Assembly: GCA_044223005.1 (NCBI GenBank)
Contig: JBGAML010000012.1
Span: 1 to 64,000 of the forward strand
Direction of reading: 5' to 3'
From: Candidatus Eiseniibacteriota bacterium
Lineage (GTDB): Bacteria > Eisenbacteria > RBG-16-71-46
DNA: 64,000 nt
The position numbers were made by a program, and so were the translations under genes. Positions 16,614-27,463 of the stretch are shown here, one piece after another; position 1 is the stretch's first letter, and each line of letters begins with the position of its first letter. The notes under the pieces were generated by a model, which saw only the letters and a list, made by a program, of their open reading frames with translations, searched no databases and was not told the origin of the DNA.

Positions 16614-19367
16614 CTACTGAACCAGCACCACTCTCCTGCTCGCCGCGAGCGTTCCCGATTTCAGCCGGCAGAAGTACAGGCCCGCGCCCGTCGCTCGGCC
16701 GCCCTCGGCGCGTCCGTCCCACGTGGCTTCGTGGTGGCCCGGCTCCATGACGGAGCCGTTGAGCAGCGTGCGCACCAGGCGACCGGTCACGTCGAACACG
16801 TGCAGTTCGACGGAGCTCCGGCTCGGGAGGTCAAAGCCGATCGTCGTCTGCGCGCGGAACGGATTCGGCGCGGCGGGTCTCAGGTTGAACGATGCGGCTG
16901 GGCCATCGCCGACCGCGGCGTTCGAGAGCGAGTCGAACAGCAGCGCCACGAACTCGGGATGATCGATGAAGGGATTCCGGTTGTGCTGCAGCGCGTAGAC
17001 CGCGCCGTTGCGCAGGATCTCCTTCTGGCTCACCGGGTCGCCATAGCTCCACCGCACGTAGGTCTCGTTCGCCCACGGCAGCAGGTCCGCGCCGGCGAAC
17101 GCGGGGCCGCCGGGCCACGCGGCGTCTTCGGTGTAGTAGCGCGTCGAGACGTAGAAGTAGCTCCGGGCCAGGTCACCCTTGAACGCGTCGATCGGCTCGA
17201 ACACGGATCCCGTGTAGCCGGCATCGGCGCTGGATCCGACCATGCCGCCGTTGAGCGACGTGAAGGTGGGCACCGCGACGTCGCCGTAGGGATTGACGCC
17301 ACGGGTGCCGTTCACATGGGTGTCGCACGGGTAGATGATCCACAAGTCGGAGTACATCGGGGACACTGCGCCGCCGAACCAGTTCTTGCACCACGTGTGC
17401 TCGCGCGTGTAGCCCGTGCCCTCGTGACCGCCGACTCCGCCGGTCTGCTCGAAGGTGTACTCGTACGGCGCCGTGCTGCCGGGGATGTCGGAGTAGACGT
17501 CCCAGACCTTGCCGTTCGGCTTGCGATCGGTCGTGCGGTACGCGTTCCACGCGCCGTCGTAGCTCACCACCGTGTGGTTCTTGATGATCTCGTGCAGCGC
17601 GGCCCGCAGCTGCGTGCCGCGCAGGCCCAGCGCGCTGGCGTAGTAGCCCGGCGGAATCCGCGTGTCGATGTAGGGGAACGTCCAGGTCGCGCCGGTGGTC
17701 GCGTTGGCGTTCAGGTCCGCGACGCCGGTCACGGTCAGCGTGACGTCGGTGGCGGGCAGGCCGGCGAGCGTCAGCCACACCTGGGAGGGGTGCGCGGCGT
17801 CGCGCACGGCGGCCGACGCCGTGATGCCGGCGATGACGAAATTCGCGGGTGTCCCGGCGGACGCCTCGTCGACGGGCTCCGAGAAGCTCACGAGGAACGT
17901 ACTGTCCCCCTCTTCGGCGACGGCGACGATGATCGGTGCGGAGTGATCGGCGCCCACCACGATGTCACCGGCCGTGCGGGGGCTGATCCGGAACTGGCTG
18001 CTCGAGAACCCGATCGGGCCGGTGATGCTGTACGAGGTACCGAGCGTCGGGGCGAACGCGTAGCCCGTCGGGTCCACCAGGAGCGATCCCGAGCCGTCGG
18101 CGACCTGCCACACGCCTCCGCCCATGTTGGTATTGGTGCAAGCCGCGTCGGCCACCGTGACGAGGACGCCTTCGTACGCCTCGCTGCCTGCGACGATGCC
18201 CGTGACCGCGCTCGCCGGCGGCACCGCGCCTCCCGGCCACGTGCCCGTGATGACCGCACTCGTCAGCAGAGTGTTGCCGGCCAATCCCTGCGCGTCGCTC
18301 TCGGTGACCTGGCCCCGCACCTCGATCGAGTCGCCGACGGCCGGCGTCGCAGTGCTCCGCACCCACAGCCCACTCCACGGTCCGGCACCATCCTGGAGCA
18401 CGAGCGTGGTCCCGAGTCGCGCCGTGACGACGCCACGCGTGATCACGCCGAGGCCAGCGTAGGGCGATGCCGACGCCTCGGCCTGGATCTGGTGAATGGT
18501 GAGCGTGTACGGCAGGGCGTAGCTCAGCACGCTGGAGGTCGTCGTGACCGGCGTGCTGTCCGTCGCCTCGACCTGGTAGTAGACCGTCGTGCCCTCGGGC
18601 TGCGCCGGAATCGCCGCCGTCGTCGCATACGTGGCGCCGGAGAGCAGCGCCATCGGGATCGCGTTCGGCAGCGATGCGGGCGCTGTGCCCCAGTGCAGCG
18701 TCACGGTGGCGATCGCCGCGGTCGTGTCCACCACGTTCGCGTGCACGTGGACCGTATCGGTGGCGAGCGGCGCGGCCGGCAGCGTGACCTGGGCCGAGAT
18801 GACGGGGCCGGTGGCCGGCGGCGCACCGCCGTGTGTGCCCGGGCTCGCGCTGGTCGCGAGGATCACGGCCGTGGAGGTCCACTCGGCCGGCGTGTAGATC
18901 GGGTTGGGCGCGGTGACGGTGGGCTTGCGGACGAGATCCGCGTTCTCGAACAGCGTGCCGGTCGCCACGACGATGTCGACGGCCGTCCCGCTCGCATCGA
19001 GCAACCGGGCTCCGTCACCGATCTTGCCGTTCCAGTTGCCGTTGGCGGTCGACCACGCACCGGGGAAGTTCACGGTGAAGGTGGTCACGGTGGTCGTGTT
19101 CCCGGCGACCAGCGCTTGCCCGGGATTGATCACGCCGGAGAGGTGCCACGTGTACGCGTCGACGTTGTTGGCCACCGCGACGAGCGTCCAGTTCGTGAGG
19201 TCCACCGCCACCGGACCGGAGTTGTAGATCTCGAGGAAGCGATCCGTCACGTAGTTGTCGCGCGGGTCACACAACTCCGAGATCAGGACGCTGGAATGGG
19301 CGGGCAGCGCGACAAAGGTGGAGAGCAGCACCAGCGCGAGCTGGAGCAAGGTGGCGCGGGGGCGCAT
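16614..19367 (-). CDS. Secreted endonuclease I-family nuclease with lamin-tail, OB and Ig-like domains and FlgD-Ig C-terminus
   Basis: Signal peptide; ISE....DRFLEIYN; TIHQIQ; REHTW..NWF, N..RG, KGDLAR..FY...RY, QHNRNPFIDHPE; PNPF...WDG...GLYF C-terminus. Confidence 0.88.
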   Translation of the reverse strand: MRPRATLLQLALVLLSTFVALPAHSSVLISELCDPRDNYVTDRFLEIYNSGPVAVDLTNWTLVAVANNVDAYTWHLSGVINPGQALVAGNTTTVTTFTVNFPGAWSTANGNWNGKIGDGARLLDASGTAVDIVVATGTLFENADLVRKPTVTAPNPIYTPAEWTSTAVILATSASPGTHGGAPPATGPVISAQVTLPAAPLATDTVHVHANVVDTTAAIATVTLHWGTAPASLPNAIPMALLSGATYATTAAIPAQPEGTTVYYQVEATDSTPVTTTSSVLSYALPYTLTIHQIQAEASASPYAGLGVITRGVVTARLGTTLVLQDGAGPWSGLWVRSTATPAVGDSIEVRGQVTESDAQGLAGNTLLTSAVITGTWPGGAVPPASAVTGIVAGSEAYEGVLVTVADAACTNTNMGGGVWQVADGSGSLLVDPTGYAFAPTLGTSYSITGPIGFSSSQFRISPRTAGDIVVGADHSAPIIVAVAEEGDSTFLVSFSEPVDEASAGTPANFVIAGITASAAVRDAAHPSQVWLTLAGLPATDVTLTVTGVADLNANATTGATWTFPYIDTRIPPGYYASALGLRGTQLRAALHEIIKNHTVVSYDGAWNAYRTTDRKPNGKVWDVYSDIPGSTAPYEYTFEQTGGVGGHEGTGYTREHTWCKNWFGGAVSPMYSDLWIIYPCDTHVNGTRGVNPYGDVAVPTFTSLNGGMVGSSADAGYTGSVFEPIDAFKGDLARSYFYVSTRYYTEDAAWPGGPAFAGADLLPWANETYVRWSYGDPVSQKEILRNGAVYALQHNRNPFIDHPEFVALLFDSLSNAAVGDGPAASFNLRPAAPNPFRAQTTIGFDLPSRSSVELHVFDVTGRLVRTLLNGSVMEPGHHEATWDGRAEGGRATGAGLYFCRLKSGTLAASRRVVLVQ

Positions 19368-19690
19368 GGCGGGCCTTTCGCTGCAAGTGCGGACGGCGAT
19401 CCGCACAGGTCGGGTGGCATGGCAGGTCGACGCAGGCGCCGGAATCGAGGTGCTGAAACACAGCCCGATCCCGAGTTCGCCGACAGGAGGCTGGCCAGCC
19501 AGACCTCACGAGGTCAACGGCGGGTTGCCCTCCCGGAGATCGAGTTTAGCCGGGGCCGGAGCGGCTGTCCCTTGCCGATTCGGCGGCGCGCCCGAGGCAT
19601 CCCGTCGAGCACGAAGCGGCGAAACGACCTCGCGCGCCGGGAGCCGACCTCGCGGGCCTGCGGTACGAACTCGCCCGCTCGCGCTTCGCC

Positions 19691-20599
19691 CTAGCGCATC
19701 CGCACGATTCGCGTCGTCCGCTCCTCGCTGCCCTGCACGAGTCGCAGCCAGTAGAGTCCCGCGCCTGCTGCGCGGCCGGACGGGTCGTGGCCGTCCCACG
19801 TGGCGGTCCGCGTGCCCGCCGCGGCGTCGCCGCTCGCGAGCGTGGCCACGCGGCGGCCGGCGGCGTCGAAGACCGCGAGGTCGACCGCGCCGGATCGCGG
19901 CAGCTGGTAGCGCACCTGCGTCGCGCCACGGCTCGGATTGGGCGACGCGAGCTCCAACGTCAGCGCGTCGGCGCGCGGCCCGTCGCCTACGCCGGCATTC
20001 GGCGTGAAGAGCACGACGTCGTCCATGTACTGAAAGTCGGGGCCGAGCTGGTACTCGGCGCGAATGTAGAACTCGGTGAGCGCGCTCAGTACGGTGTGGA
20101 CCTGCTGGCTGGTGGCGAGCGGAGCGTTCATCCCACCCAGGTGCGCGGTGCCGCCGTAGAGGTCGAGCGTGACCGGAGACGGAACGCTGCCCTGCGGAGG
20201 AATCGTGCTGAAGATGTACGAGATCGTGATCCCGCCGCCCACGAGTACGACATCTTCCTGCTGGTACGGCCCTCCTCCGGTGCCCTGGTCCGAGAGCGAG
20301 CAGCCGAGCACGCCGGCAGCGGACTGGTCGCCGAGGAACTTCGCGGGGGCCTTCCAGTACTGCGAGTTGCCCACGCCCGTGCCGTCGGGGTCGGTCATCG
20401 ACAGCTGCCCGCCCGACCACGTGGGCGTGAACGTGAATGTGATCGTGGGCGGCACCGCGCTGGGGTACGGCAACGTGACGTTCGTCCAGCCTTCGTCGCC
20501 GGAGCCGAAGTGGCTCTCGACGAGCGGCGAGTTCGCCCGGGCGGCCGGGGCGAACGAGGCGACGACCAAAAGGGCGAGCAGCGCGGCGCGGAAATGCAC
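19691..20599 (-). CDS. Secreted laminin-B-like domain protein with FlgD-Ig C-terminus
   Basis: GGAGGT RBS before GTG 20599; signal peptide; YWKAPAKFLGD, DVVL.G, IRAEY, MDDV; PNP...WDG...GLY C-terminus. Confidence 0.75.
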   Translation of the reverse strand: MHFRAALLALLVVASFAPAARANSPLVESHFGSGDEGWTNVTLPYPSAVPPTITFTFTPTWSGGQLSMTDPDGTGVGNSQYWKAPAKFLGDQSAAGVLGCSLSDQGTGGGPYQQEDVVLVGGGITISYIFSTIPPQGSVPSPVTLDLYGGTAHLGGMNAPLATSQQVHTVLSALTEFYIRAEYQLGPDFQYMDDVVLFTPNAGVGDGPRADALTLELASPNPSRGATQVRYQLPRSGAVDLAVFDAAGRRVATLASGDAAAGTRTATWDGHDPSGRAAGAGLYWLRLVQGSEERTTRIVRMR

Positions 20600-20860
20600 G
20601 GGGAGACCTCCTCGGACACCTGGGGCAGGGAGCGGACACGTACCGTTCATCTCATGAGAGTCTAGCGCCCGGGGACAATCACAGGCGTCAAGAACCGAGC
20701 CCCGCTGATCAGGCGGATCGATATTTCAGGTGTGAACCGCCGCCGCCGCGCCGGACTGGGTGATATCCCCCGGCACTCCGGGCGTTCCTTCCTCGACCGG
20801 CGCGTAGTCGACGGGTGGCGCTGCCGTGCGGCCCGGCGCTTTCGCGGGCCGCGGGCGCAC

Positions 20861-21064
20861 TCACTCGGCCGCGGGGCTCTCCGGTTCGGTGGCCTCGTCC
20901 ATCGGCTCGATCACGGGCGGCTCGCCGAACTCGCTGCCGTCCGCCTGGCCATTGGCCCGCGCCTCACGCCGTGCCTGCCGTGCCGCGCGCTTCGCGGTCG
21001 CCTTGGCCATTCGCTGCTGTTCCTTCTGTCGCTTCAGAAACGAGGGAAGTCCTCTGCCCGCCAA
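20861..21064 (-). CDS. Small protein with basic N-terminus and acidic tail (67 aa)
   Basis: GGAGG RBS before TTG; SFLKRQKE..R..K...K...R..RR pattern. Confidence 0.65.
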   Translation of the reverse strand: MAGRGLPSFLKRQKEQQRMAKATAKRAARQARREARANGQADGSEFGEPPVIEPMDEATEPESPAAE

Positions 21065-21185
21065 TATGGCCTCCGCTTCTCAGATGTCCATGTCCCCGGG
21101 GCGCCGGATGCGCTGGAGCGGTGACTACCCTACAGGGGTCGCGCGGGAATAGCGACCCCGCGAATGCCCCGTGCGGCGTGAACGG

Positions 21186-22085
21186 TCAGCGGACGCCCGC
21201 CGCGCACACCCCGCGCACGAGCCCGCGCAGCCAGCGATGCCCGGCATCCGCGTCCAGGCGCGGGTGCCAGAGCATCGACACGGTGAACTCCGGCGTGGCG
21301 AAGGGCAGCGCGAACGTCTGCAGCCCCTCGCGCAGCGTGCCGGTGTGGCGCTCGGGCACGCTGGCGACCAGGTCCGAGTGACGCACGAGCGCGAGCGCAG
21401 TCGCGAAACCGGTGACGATCGTGACGACCTGCCGCGTGAGCCCCAGCGCCGCGAGCGCGTCGTCGACCGGCCACTGCGCCGCACCGGTGCGCGAGACGCT
21501 GGCGTGCCGCGCGGCGGCGTAGCGCTCGGGCGTCCGCCGACCGCGGGCGAGCGGGTGCCCGCTGCGCACCACGCCCACGATCCGGTCGCGAAACAGTGCC
21601 TGCTGCATCAGTTCGGGGCCGCTCGCGGCGTCGACCACTCCCGTCTCGAGGTCGACGGCGCCTTCGCGCAGGGGCGCGGTCTCCTTGTCGGGCTTCTGCA
21701 CGAATCGCAACTGCACGCCGGGCGCCTCGCTCGCCACGCGCTCGATCAGCGCCGGCCCGAAGGTCTCGACGAAGCCTTCCGCCGTGCGCAGCGTGAACGT
21801 GCGGGCGAGCTTGCCCGGGTCGATCGCCGCGGCCGGGCGCAGTGCCGCCTTCGCCTGCTCGACGAGCGGCCCTACGTGCGCGCGCAACTCGAGCGCGCGC
21901 GGCGTCGGCACCAGCCCGCGCCCGGCGCGCACGAGCAGCGGATCGCCCACGGTCTCGCGCAGCCGCGCGAGCGCGCGACTCATCGCCGACGGGCTCAGGT
22001 GCAGCCGCCGGGCGGCGCGCGCGACGCTGCCCTCCTCGAGCAGCACGTCGAGCGTGACGAGCAGGTTCAGGTCGGGAGTCGACAC
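21186..22085 (-). CDS. LysR family transcriptional regulator
   Basis: DLNLLVTLDVLLEEGSVARAARRLHLSPSAMSRALARLR HTH; divergent from the MFS gene. Confidence 0.95.
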   Translation of the reverse strand: MSTPDLNLLVTLDVLLEEGSVARAARRLHLSPSAMSRALARLRETVGDPLLVRAGRGLVPTPRALELRAHVGPLVEQAKAALRPAAAIDPGKLARTFTLRTAEGFVETFGPALIERVASEAPGVQLRFVQKPDKETAPLREGAVDLETGVVDAASGPELMQQALFRDRIVGVVRSGHPLARGRRTPERYAAARHASVSRTGAAQWPVDDALAALGLTRQVVTIVTGFATALALVRHSDLVASVPERHTGTLREGLQTFALPFATPEFTVSMLWHPRLDADAGHRWLRGLVRGVCAAGVR

Positions 22086-22226
22086 GCGCGCACGCTAGCA
22101 CGGCGCGACGGATATATGGCGTCAAATGCACGAATGAAGTGCAAACGGTGCGTCTTCCGCCATACCACGGCCCCCCCTAGGCTCCTCGTATCGGAACACC
22201 CCATCGGACGAGAGGAGCCCAACGCC

Positions 22227-23684
22227 ATGTCGCACAACGAGTCGTCGGCCACCTGCAGCGCCCGCCGCCCGGCTTCCACGGGTTGGATCGCGGCGACGCT
22301 GGCCATCCCCACCTTGATGTCGTCGCTCGACACGAGCATCGCCAACGTCTCGCTGCCGACGCTCGCGCACGCGTTCTCGGCGACCTTCCCGCAGGTGCAG
22401 TGGGTGGTGCTCGCCTACCTGCTCGCGCTGACCACGCTGGTGGTCGGCGCGGGCCGGCTCGGCGACCTGTTCGGCCGCCGCCGCATGCTGCTCGCGGGCA
22501 TCGCGCTCTTCACGGTGGCATCGGCGGCCTGCGGGCTCGCGACTTCGCTCCCGATGCTGGTCGCGGCGCGCGCGGCGCAGGGCCTTGGCGCGAGCCTGAT
22601 GACGGCGCTCGCACTCGCGTTCGTCGGCGATGTGATCCCGGCGCACGCGACGGGCCGCACCATGGGCCTGCTCGGCACCATGTCCGCGATCGGCACGGCG
22701 ACGGGCCCGTCGCTGGGCGGCGCGCTCGTTTCCGTGGCGGGCTGGCGATGGGCGTTTCTCGTCAACCTGCCGATCGGCGTGCTCAGCCTCTGGCTCGCCG
22801 CGCGAGAGCTGCCCGCGGAGAAGCCGCGGCCGGTGGGCGAGCGTGTTCGCTTCGACCTCGTGGGCACGCTTCTGCTCGCGGTGCCGCTCGCGCTCGCCTC
22901 GCTGGCGCTCACCTCGGGGCACGCGACGCTCGGCCTGCCCGCGGGCGCGCTGCTCGCCGCGGCCGCGGTGGGCGCGGGCGTGTTCGTGCTCGCCGAATCG
23001 CGCGCCGCGGCGCCGCTCGTGCGGCTCGGCATGCTGCGCGCGAACGGGCTCGGCGCGAGCCTGCTGATGAACCTGCTGGTCGCGGCCGTGGTGATGTCGA
23101 CGCTCGTCGTCGGACCCTTCTACCTCGCGCACGGACTCGGCCTGCCGACCGCGCGTGTCGGACTGCTGCTCTCGGTCGGCCCGCTCGTCGTGGCGCTGGC
23201 CGGCGTGCCGGCCGGGCGCGCGGTCGATCGCCTGGGCGCCGCTCGCACGGGCCGCTCGGGGCTCGCGGCGATGGCCGCGGGCGCGTTCGCGCTGGCGCTG
23301 CTGCCCATGGCGAGCGGCGCGCTGGGCTACGTGGCCCCGATCGCGATCCTGACCGCGGGCTACGCGCTCTTCCAGACCGCGAACAACACGGCGGTGCTGG
23401 CCTCGCGCGCCGCGGACGAACGCGGCGTCGTCTCGGGAATGCTCGGGCTGTCGCGGAACCTCGGCCTCATCGCCGGCGCGTCGGCGCTGGGCGCGGTGTT
23501 CGCCGCGGCGTCAGGCACGAGCCGCGCCACGACGGTGAGCGCCGGCGCGATCGCGTCGGGCATGCGGACCACGTACGCGGTCGCGGGCGCGCTGGTACTC
23601 GTGGCGCTCGCGCTGACGTGGACGCGCCGCAACGCGGCCACCGTCGCGGCCGATCCGCTCGAACCGTGTCGCGACTCGAGCTGA
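22227..23684 (+). CDS. MFS drug efflux transporter (DHA2/EmrB-like)
   Basis: LDTSIANVSLP, GRLGDLFGRRR, GPSLGG, WRWAFLVNLPIG; GAGGAG RBS. Confidence 0.92.
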   Translation: MSHNESSATCSARRPASTGWIAATLAIPTLMSSLDTSIANVSLPTLAHAFSATFPQVQWVVLAYLLALTTLVVGAGRLGDLFGRRRMLLAGIALFTVASAACGLATSLPMLVAARAAQGLGASLMTALALAFVGDVIPAHATGRTMGLLGTMSAIGTATGPSLGGALVSVAGWRWAFLVNLPIGVLSLWLAARELPAEKPRPVGERVRFDLVGTLLLAVPLALASLALTSGHATLGLPAGALLAAAAVGAGVFVLAESRAAAPLVRLGMLRANGLGASLLMNLLVAAVVMSTLVVGPFYLAHGLGLPTARVGLLLSVGPLVVALAGVPAGRAVDRLGAARTGRSGLAAMAAGAFALALLPMASGALGYVAPIAILTAGYALFQTANNTAVLASRAADERGVVSGMLGLSRNLGLIAGASALGAVFAAASGTSRATTVSAGAIASGMRTTYAVAGALVLVALALTWTRRNAATVAADPLEPCRDSS

Positions 23685-23785
23685 GCTCGACGTGTCCTCT
23701 CTTCTGTTTCACGAACCCGATCTCACGCACCAGAACAGCAGCACGCCACAGCCCACATCCCACCCCATGACACCGGAGGCTCTCC

Positions 23786-24418
23786 ATGAACCGCTCTTCC
23801 ATCCTCGCGTTCATCGGCTCCCGCACCCACCGTGCCCTGGTCGCCACGCTCACCGCCCTCGCCCCTCTCGCCGCGACGTCGCTCGCCTTCGCCGCCGAAG
23901 CGCCGCCCGAGCGTTCCGCGGGCTGGGAGTTCATGGTCTCGAGTGGCGGCGTGATCCCCGCGGGCAGCCAGCGGCAGTCGCTCGGCAACGGCAACCTGAC
24001 CGCGGCGCAACTCACGCGCGTCGCGCGCCCGAACCTCGCATTCACTGCGACGCTCGGCTGGGCGCGCAGCCGCGACGTCGCTTCCGCCGGCGAGCCGCGT
24101 CTCGACATCCTGAGCGGCGATCTCGGCACCGAGCTGCGCGGCGCGCGCGTGGGGCTCGGCCGCAGCGTCACACTGCGACCCTTCGCCGCGATCGGCGCGG
24201 GCGCGCGGCGCTACGACTCGCGCCACGCCGGTTCGGATGCGACGACGTTGGCCGCCGCGTACGGCGGCGGTGGTGCCGAGCTGGGCGTGCGCCGCGTGCG
24301 CGTGCGCCTGGAAGCGCGTGACTACCTGACCGTGCGCGGGGCACTCGACGGCGGCGATGCCTCGGCGCCGCGGCACGAGGTCGCGCTCACGGCCGGCCTG
24401 CGCTGGGTGGCGCGATGA
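23786..24418 (+). CDS. Probable small outer-membrane beta-barrel protein
   Basis: Signal peptide, alternating beta strands, PF..IGAG, C-terminal GLRW. Confidence 0.6.
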   Translation: MNRSSILAFIGSRTHRALVATLTALAPLAATSLAFAAEAPPERSAGWEFMVSSGGVIPAGSQRQSLGNGNLTAAQLTRVARPNLAFTATLGWARSRDVASAGEPRLDILSGDLGTELRGARVGLGRSVTLRPFAAIGAGARRYDSRHAGSDATTLAAAYGGGGAELGVRRVRVRLEARDYLTVRGALDGGDASAPRHEVALTAGLRWVAR

Positions 24419-25155
24419 ACCCGCGCGCGACGCAGCCCTCGCGCCGCTCGGAGTGGCTCGTCCCCGCGCTGCTCGTCCTGCTCGGTCTCGTGCCCGCACT
24501 CGCGGGCACGGGCAGGCTGGCCGGGCTCGCGCGCGGCGGGCCGGTCACGCCGGAGAACGCGCGCTTCTTCGCACTGCCACTCCCCGTCGTGCTGCACCTC
24601 CTCACGGTGATTCCGTTCAGCCTGCTCGGTGCGTTCCAGTTCGCGGCGGCGTTCCGGCGCCGGCGGCCGGACTGGCATCGCGCGGCGGGCCGCGTGCTCG
24701 TCGCGTGCGGCCTGGTGGCCGCGGCGAGCGGGTTGTGGATGACGCTCGCTTATCCGTGGCCTGCGGGCGACGGGGTGGCCGTCTACGTGGAGCGGCTCGT
24801 GTTCGGCTCGGCGATGGCCTTTTCGATCGGGTGCGGACTGCTCGCGATCCGGCGCCGCGATTTCGCCGCGCACGGCGAGTGGATGATGCGCGCGTACGCG
24901 ATCGGCATGGGCGCGGGCACGCAGGTGCTCACGCACCTGCCGTGGTTCATCCTCGTCGGCAAGCCCACCGAGACGCCGCGCGCGGTGATGATGGGCGCGG
25001 GCTGGGTGATCAACGTGATCGTCGCGGAGTGGGTGATCCGGCGGGGGCACGAAAGAGCCCGCGGACTGCGAACAGCCCACGGGCTCGTCGGCGGCGATGC
25101 CACTTCGGCCGCGGCGCGGCTCACTCCTTCGGGCGCTTGGACTCGCAGGCCTTGA
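24415..25155 (+). CDS. DUF2306 family membrane protein
   Basis: LGAFQF, WHR..GR, H..WMMRAYAIG.GAGTQ, GW.IN...AEW; ATGA overlap with the upstream gene. Confidence 0.85.
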   Translation: MNPRATQPSRRSEWLVPALLVLLGLVPALAGTGRLAGLARGGPVTPENARFFALPLPVVLHLLTVIPFSLLGAFQFAAAFRRRRPDWHRAAGRVLVACGLVAAASGLWMTLAYPWPAGDGVAVYVERLVFGSAMAFSIGCGLLAIRRRDFAAHGEWMMRAYAIGMGAGTQVLTHLPWFILVGKPTETPRAVMMGAGWVINVIVAEWVIRRGHERARGLRTAHGLVGGDATSAAARLTPSGAWTRRP

Positions 25156-25378
25156 ACATCGCCGGCGTGATCTCCTTGGCGCCATTCAGCTGCTTCTTCA
25201 GCGCCTCGCCGTACTCGTTGAGTGTCTTCTTGTCGACGTGGCAGACGGTGCACTTGGCCTTCGCGTCCGGGTAGTTGGCCGCGTACTGCTTCTGCATCGG
25301 CGTCGTCGCGTTCACGCGGCTGTTCATCACCAGCGCGCCCAGGACCAGCAGGGCGATCACGACCTTCAGCATCTTCAT
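25121..25378 (-). CDS. Small periplasmic monoheme c-type cytochrome (85 aa)
   Basis: Signal peptide, CTVCH, LNEYG. Confidence 0.75.
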   Translation of the reverse strand: MKMLKVVIALLVLGALVMNSRVNATTPMQKQYAANYPDAKAKCTVCHVDKKTLNEYGEALKKQLNGAKEITPAMFKACESKRPKE

Positions 25379-25487
25379 GGCATCCGTCCTTCGCGGGTTC
25401 GGTTCACCCGGCGTGTGGATCACGCCGGGCTTCCGGTGGATTTCCGAGTGAACGTTCCGAGGGCGGCGCGAGACCGCGCCGGCGTGA

Positions 25488-27125
25488 CTAAGCGGCTCGC
25501 GACAGCGGGGCGAAGGGCTCGTGCCCTCCGGCCGCGGCCCCGGAGGAGCCCTCCGAGAGGTTGAAGCGGCCGATCTGGCTGCGGAGCTGGTCGGCCTGCT
25601 CGGCGAGCGTGCGCGCCGTGCCGTCCACCTCTTCGGTCTGGTTGGCCGTCTGCTGGGTGACCTCGTCCATCTGCTCGATCGCGCGGCTCACCTGCTCGAT
25701 GCCGTCCGCCTGTTCGGTCGACGCACTGGCGATGTCGACCACGAGATCGGCGACGCGCTTGACCTCGCTCACGATCCCCGTGAGCGTGGTGCCGGCACGG
25801 CCCACGAGCTTGTTGCCCTCGTCGACGCGCGTCACCGTGTCGGTGATCACGGTCTTGATCTCCTTGGACGCCTCGGCGGAGCGCAGTGCGAGCGACCGCA
25901 CCTCGCCGGCGACGACCGCGAAGCTCCGCCCCTGCTCGCCCGCGCGCGCGGCCTCGACCGCGGCGTTGAGCGCCAGCAGGTTGGTCTGGAACGCGATCTC
26001 GTCGATCGTGCTGCTGATGTCGGTGATGCGTCGCGAGGCCTGGGCGATCCCGGACATCGCCTCGACCGCCGCCTGCACGGTCTGGCCGCCGGCCTCCGCC
26101 TGGTCGCGCGAATGCGTGGCGAGCCGCTTGGCCTCCTGCGCGTGCTCGGCGTTGCTGCGCACGGTGTCGGTCATCGCGCGAAGCGATGCCGTCGTCTCCT
26201 CGAGCGACGCCGCCTGCTCCTGGCTGCCCGAGGCCAGCGTGGCCGCGCGCTGCGCGAGGCCGCCGGAGGCCTCCTGCACGGCGTCGACGGTGCCCGAGAG
26301 TTCGCGCAGGACGCCGGCGACCTGCGTGCGAACCGTCTCGATCGCGGTCGCGATGTGCGCGACCTCGGCCACCGCCTGCACCTTCACCGGGCGCGAGAAG
26401 TCTCCTTCGGCCAGCGGCGCGACGGCGTCGAGCAGCCCCGCGACGGGTCGCTCCACCGTGCCGCGGATCACGCGCAGGATCGCGAACACGGCGACCGTCA
26501 TGATGAGCACCAGCACGGCCACGGCGGCCGTCGTGCGGTTTCGCGCGACAGCCATCGCCGGCCCCAGCGGGATCTCCACGACCAGCGCGCCGATCGGCGC
26601 ATCCTTGGCGAAGTGCGGATCGCCGAAGTCGGCCGACTTGTTCGACGCCTCCATCTCGTGGCAGTCGACGCAGCTCTGCAGCGACGCCTTCTCCACGCGC
26701 ATGTACGACAACGTCGCCTGGCCGTGCACGTCGTGGACGCGCGTCGCGACCGCCTTGGGATCGGCGAGCATCTGGTGGATCGCCTTCACCTCGAACGCAT
26801 CGCGCGGCGCGTGGCTCGAGTCCGCCGGCCAGATGCCGATCAGGTTCACGCGATACAGGCCCTCGCCGTCCACGCTCATGCCGATCGAATGCAGGAGCTT
26901 GGGATCGAGGTCGTCCTCGGCGATCTGGGTCAGGTACTGCTTGCGGTCTTGCCCGATCTGGTACGCGATCGACTCCGCCGACTGGCGGGCCTGTTTCTCG
27001 ATCGTGCGCCGCGACTCGGTGACCAGGTAGACGGTGCCCACGAGCGTGAACACCACTCCGACCACGACGACGGGGAACACGAGCCGGGACGCGAGCGTGT
27101 CCCGTCGGCTGCCGAACCAACGCAT
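25488..27125 (-). CDS. Methyl-accepting chemotaxis protein with periplasmic c-type heme sensor (DUF3365/Tll0287-like)
   Basis: Two TMs around P.D.FE and [39 protein letters not shown]. Confidence 0.92.
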   Translation of the reverse strand: MRWFGSRRDTLASRLVFPVVVVGVVFTLVGTVYLVTESRRTIEKQARQSAESIAYQIGQDRKQYLTQIAEDDLDPKLLHSIGMSVDGEGLYRVNLIGIWPADSSHAPRDAFEVKAIHQMLADPKAVATRVHDVHGQATLSYMRVEKASLQSCVDCHEMEASNKSADFGDPHFAKDAPIGALVVEIPLGPAMAVARNRTTAAVAVLVLIMTVAVFAILRVIRGTVERPVAGLLDAVAPLAEGDFSRPVKVQAVAEVAHIATAIETVRTQVAGVLRELSGTVDAVQEASGGLAQRAATLASGSQEQAASLEETTASLRAMTDTVRSNAEHAQEAKRLATHSRDQAEAGGQTVQAAVEAMSGIAQASRRITDISSTIDEIAFQTNLLALNAAVEAARAGEQGRSFAVVAGEVRSLALRSAEASKEIKTVITDTVTRVDEGNKLVGRAGTTLTGIVSEVKRVADLVVDIASASTEQADGIEQVSRAIEQMDEVTQQTANQTEEVDGTARTLAEQADQLRSQIGRFNLSEGSSGAAAGGHEPFAPLSRAA

Positions 27126-27463
27126 GGCGGCCTCACTCCAGGAAGTGACGTCGAAACGGCCGCGCGGTGGTGCACGGTCGTCGGGAGAACTGCGTCGGGT
27201 CACGTTCCCAACCCACGGGACCCTCGGTTGCACGAGAGGAAGGGCCTGGCCCGCTCGCGCCACGAAGAGCAACACGAGCCGGGCGGAAGCCCTGCCATCA
27301 CGCCCTAGGCTCGGCTGAAACGTGGTTCTCTTTACCGCGGGTCCGCCGGGACGCGAAAGGGCCCGCACCGAACCGCGCAAATGGTGGGGAATGCGAACCC
27401 GGTTGCAGGGCCGCAGCAGTCCGTTTCAACTCCCGGGATGCCCGGCGTGTCTCACCCGAAGCC

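Noticed and set aside
16050..19694. 1214-aa plus-strand ORF
   Set aside because: Antisense to the well-supported nuclease gene; no recognisable domains.
21171..22226. N-terminal extension making an 837-aa MFS protein
   Set aside because: It overlaps the LysR gene on the opposite strand; an RBS and ATG lie at 22227.
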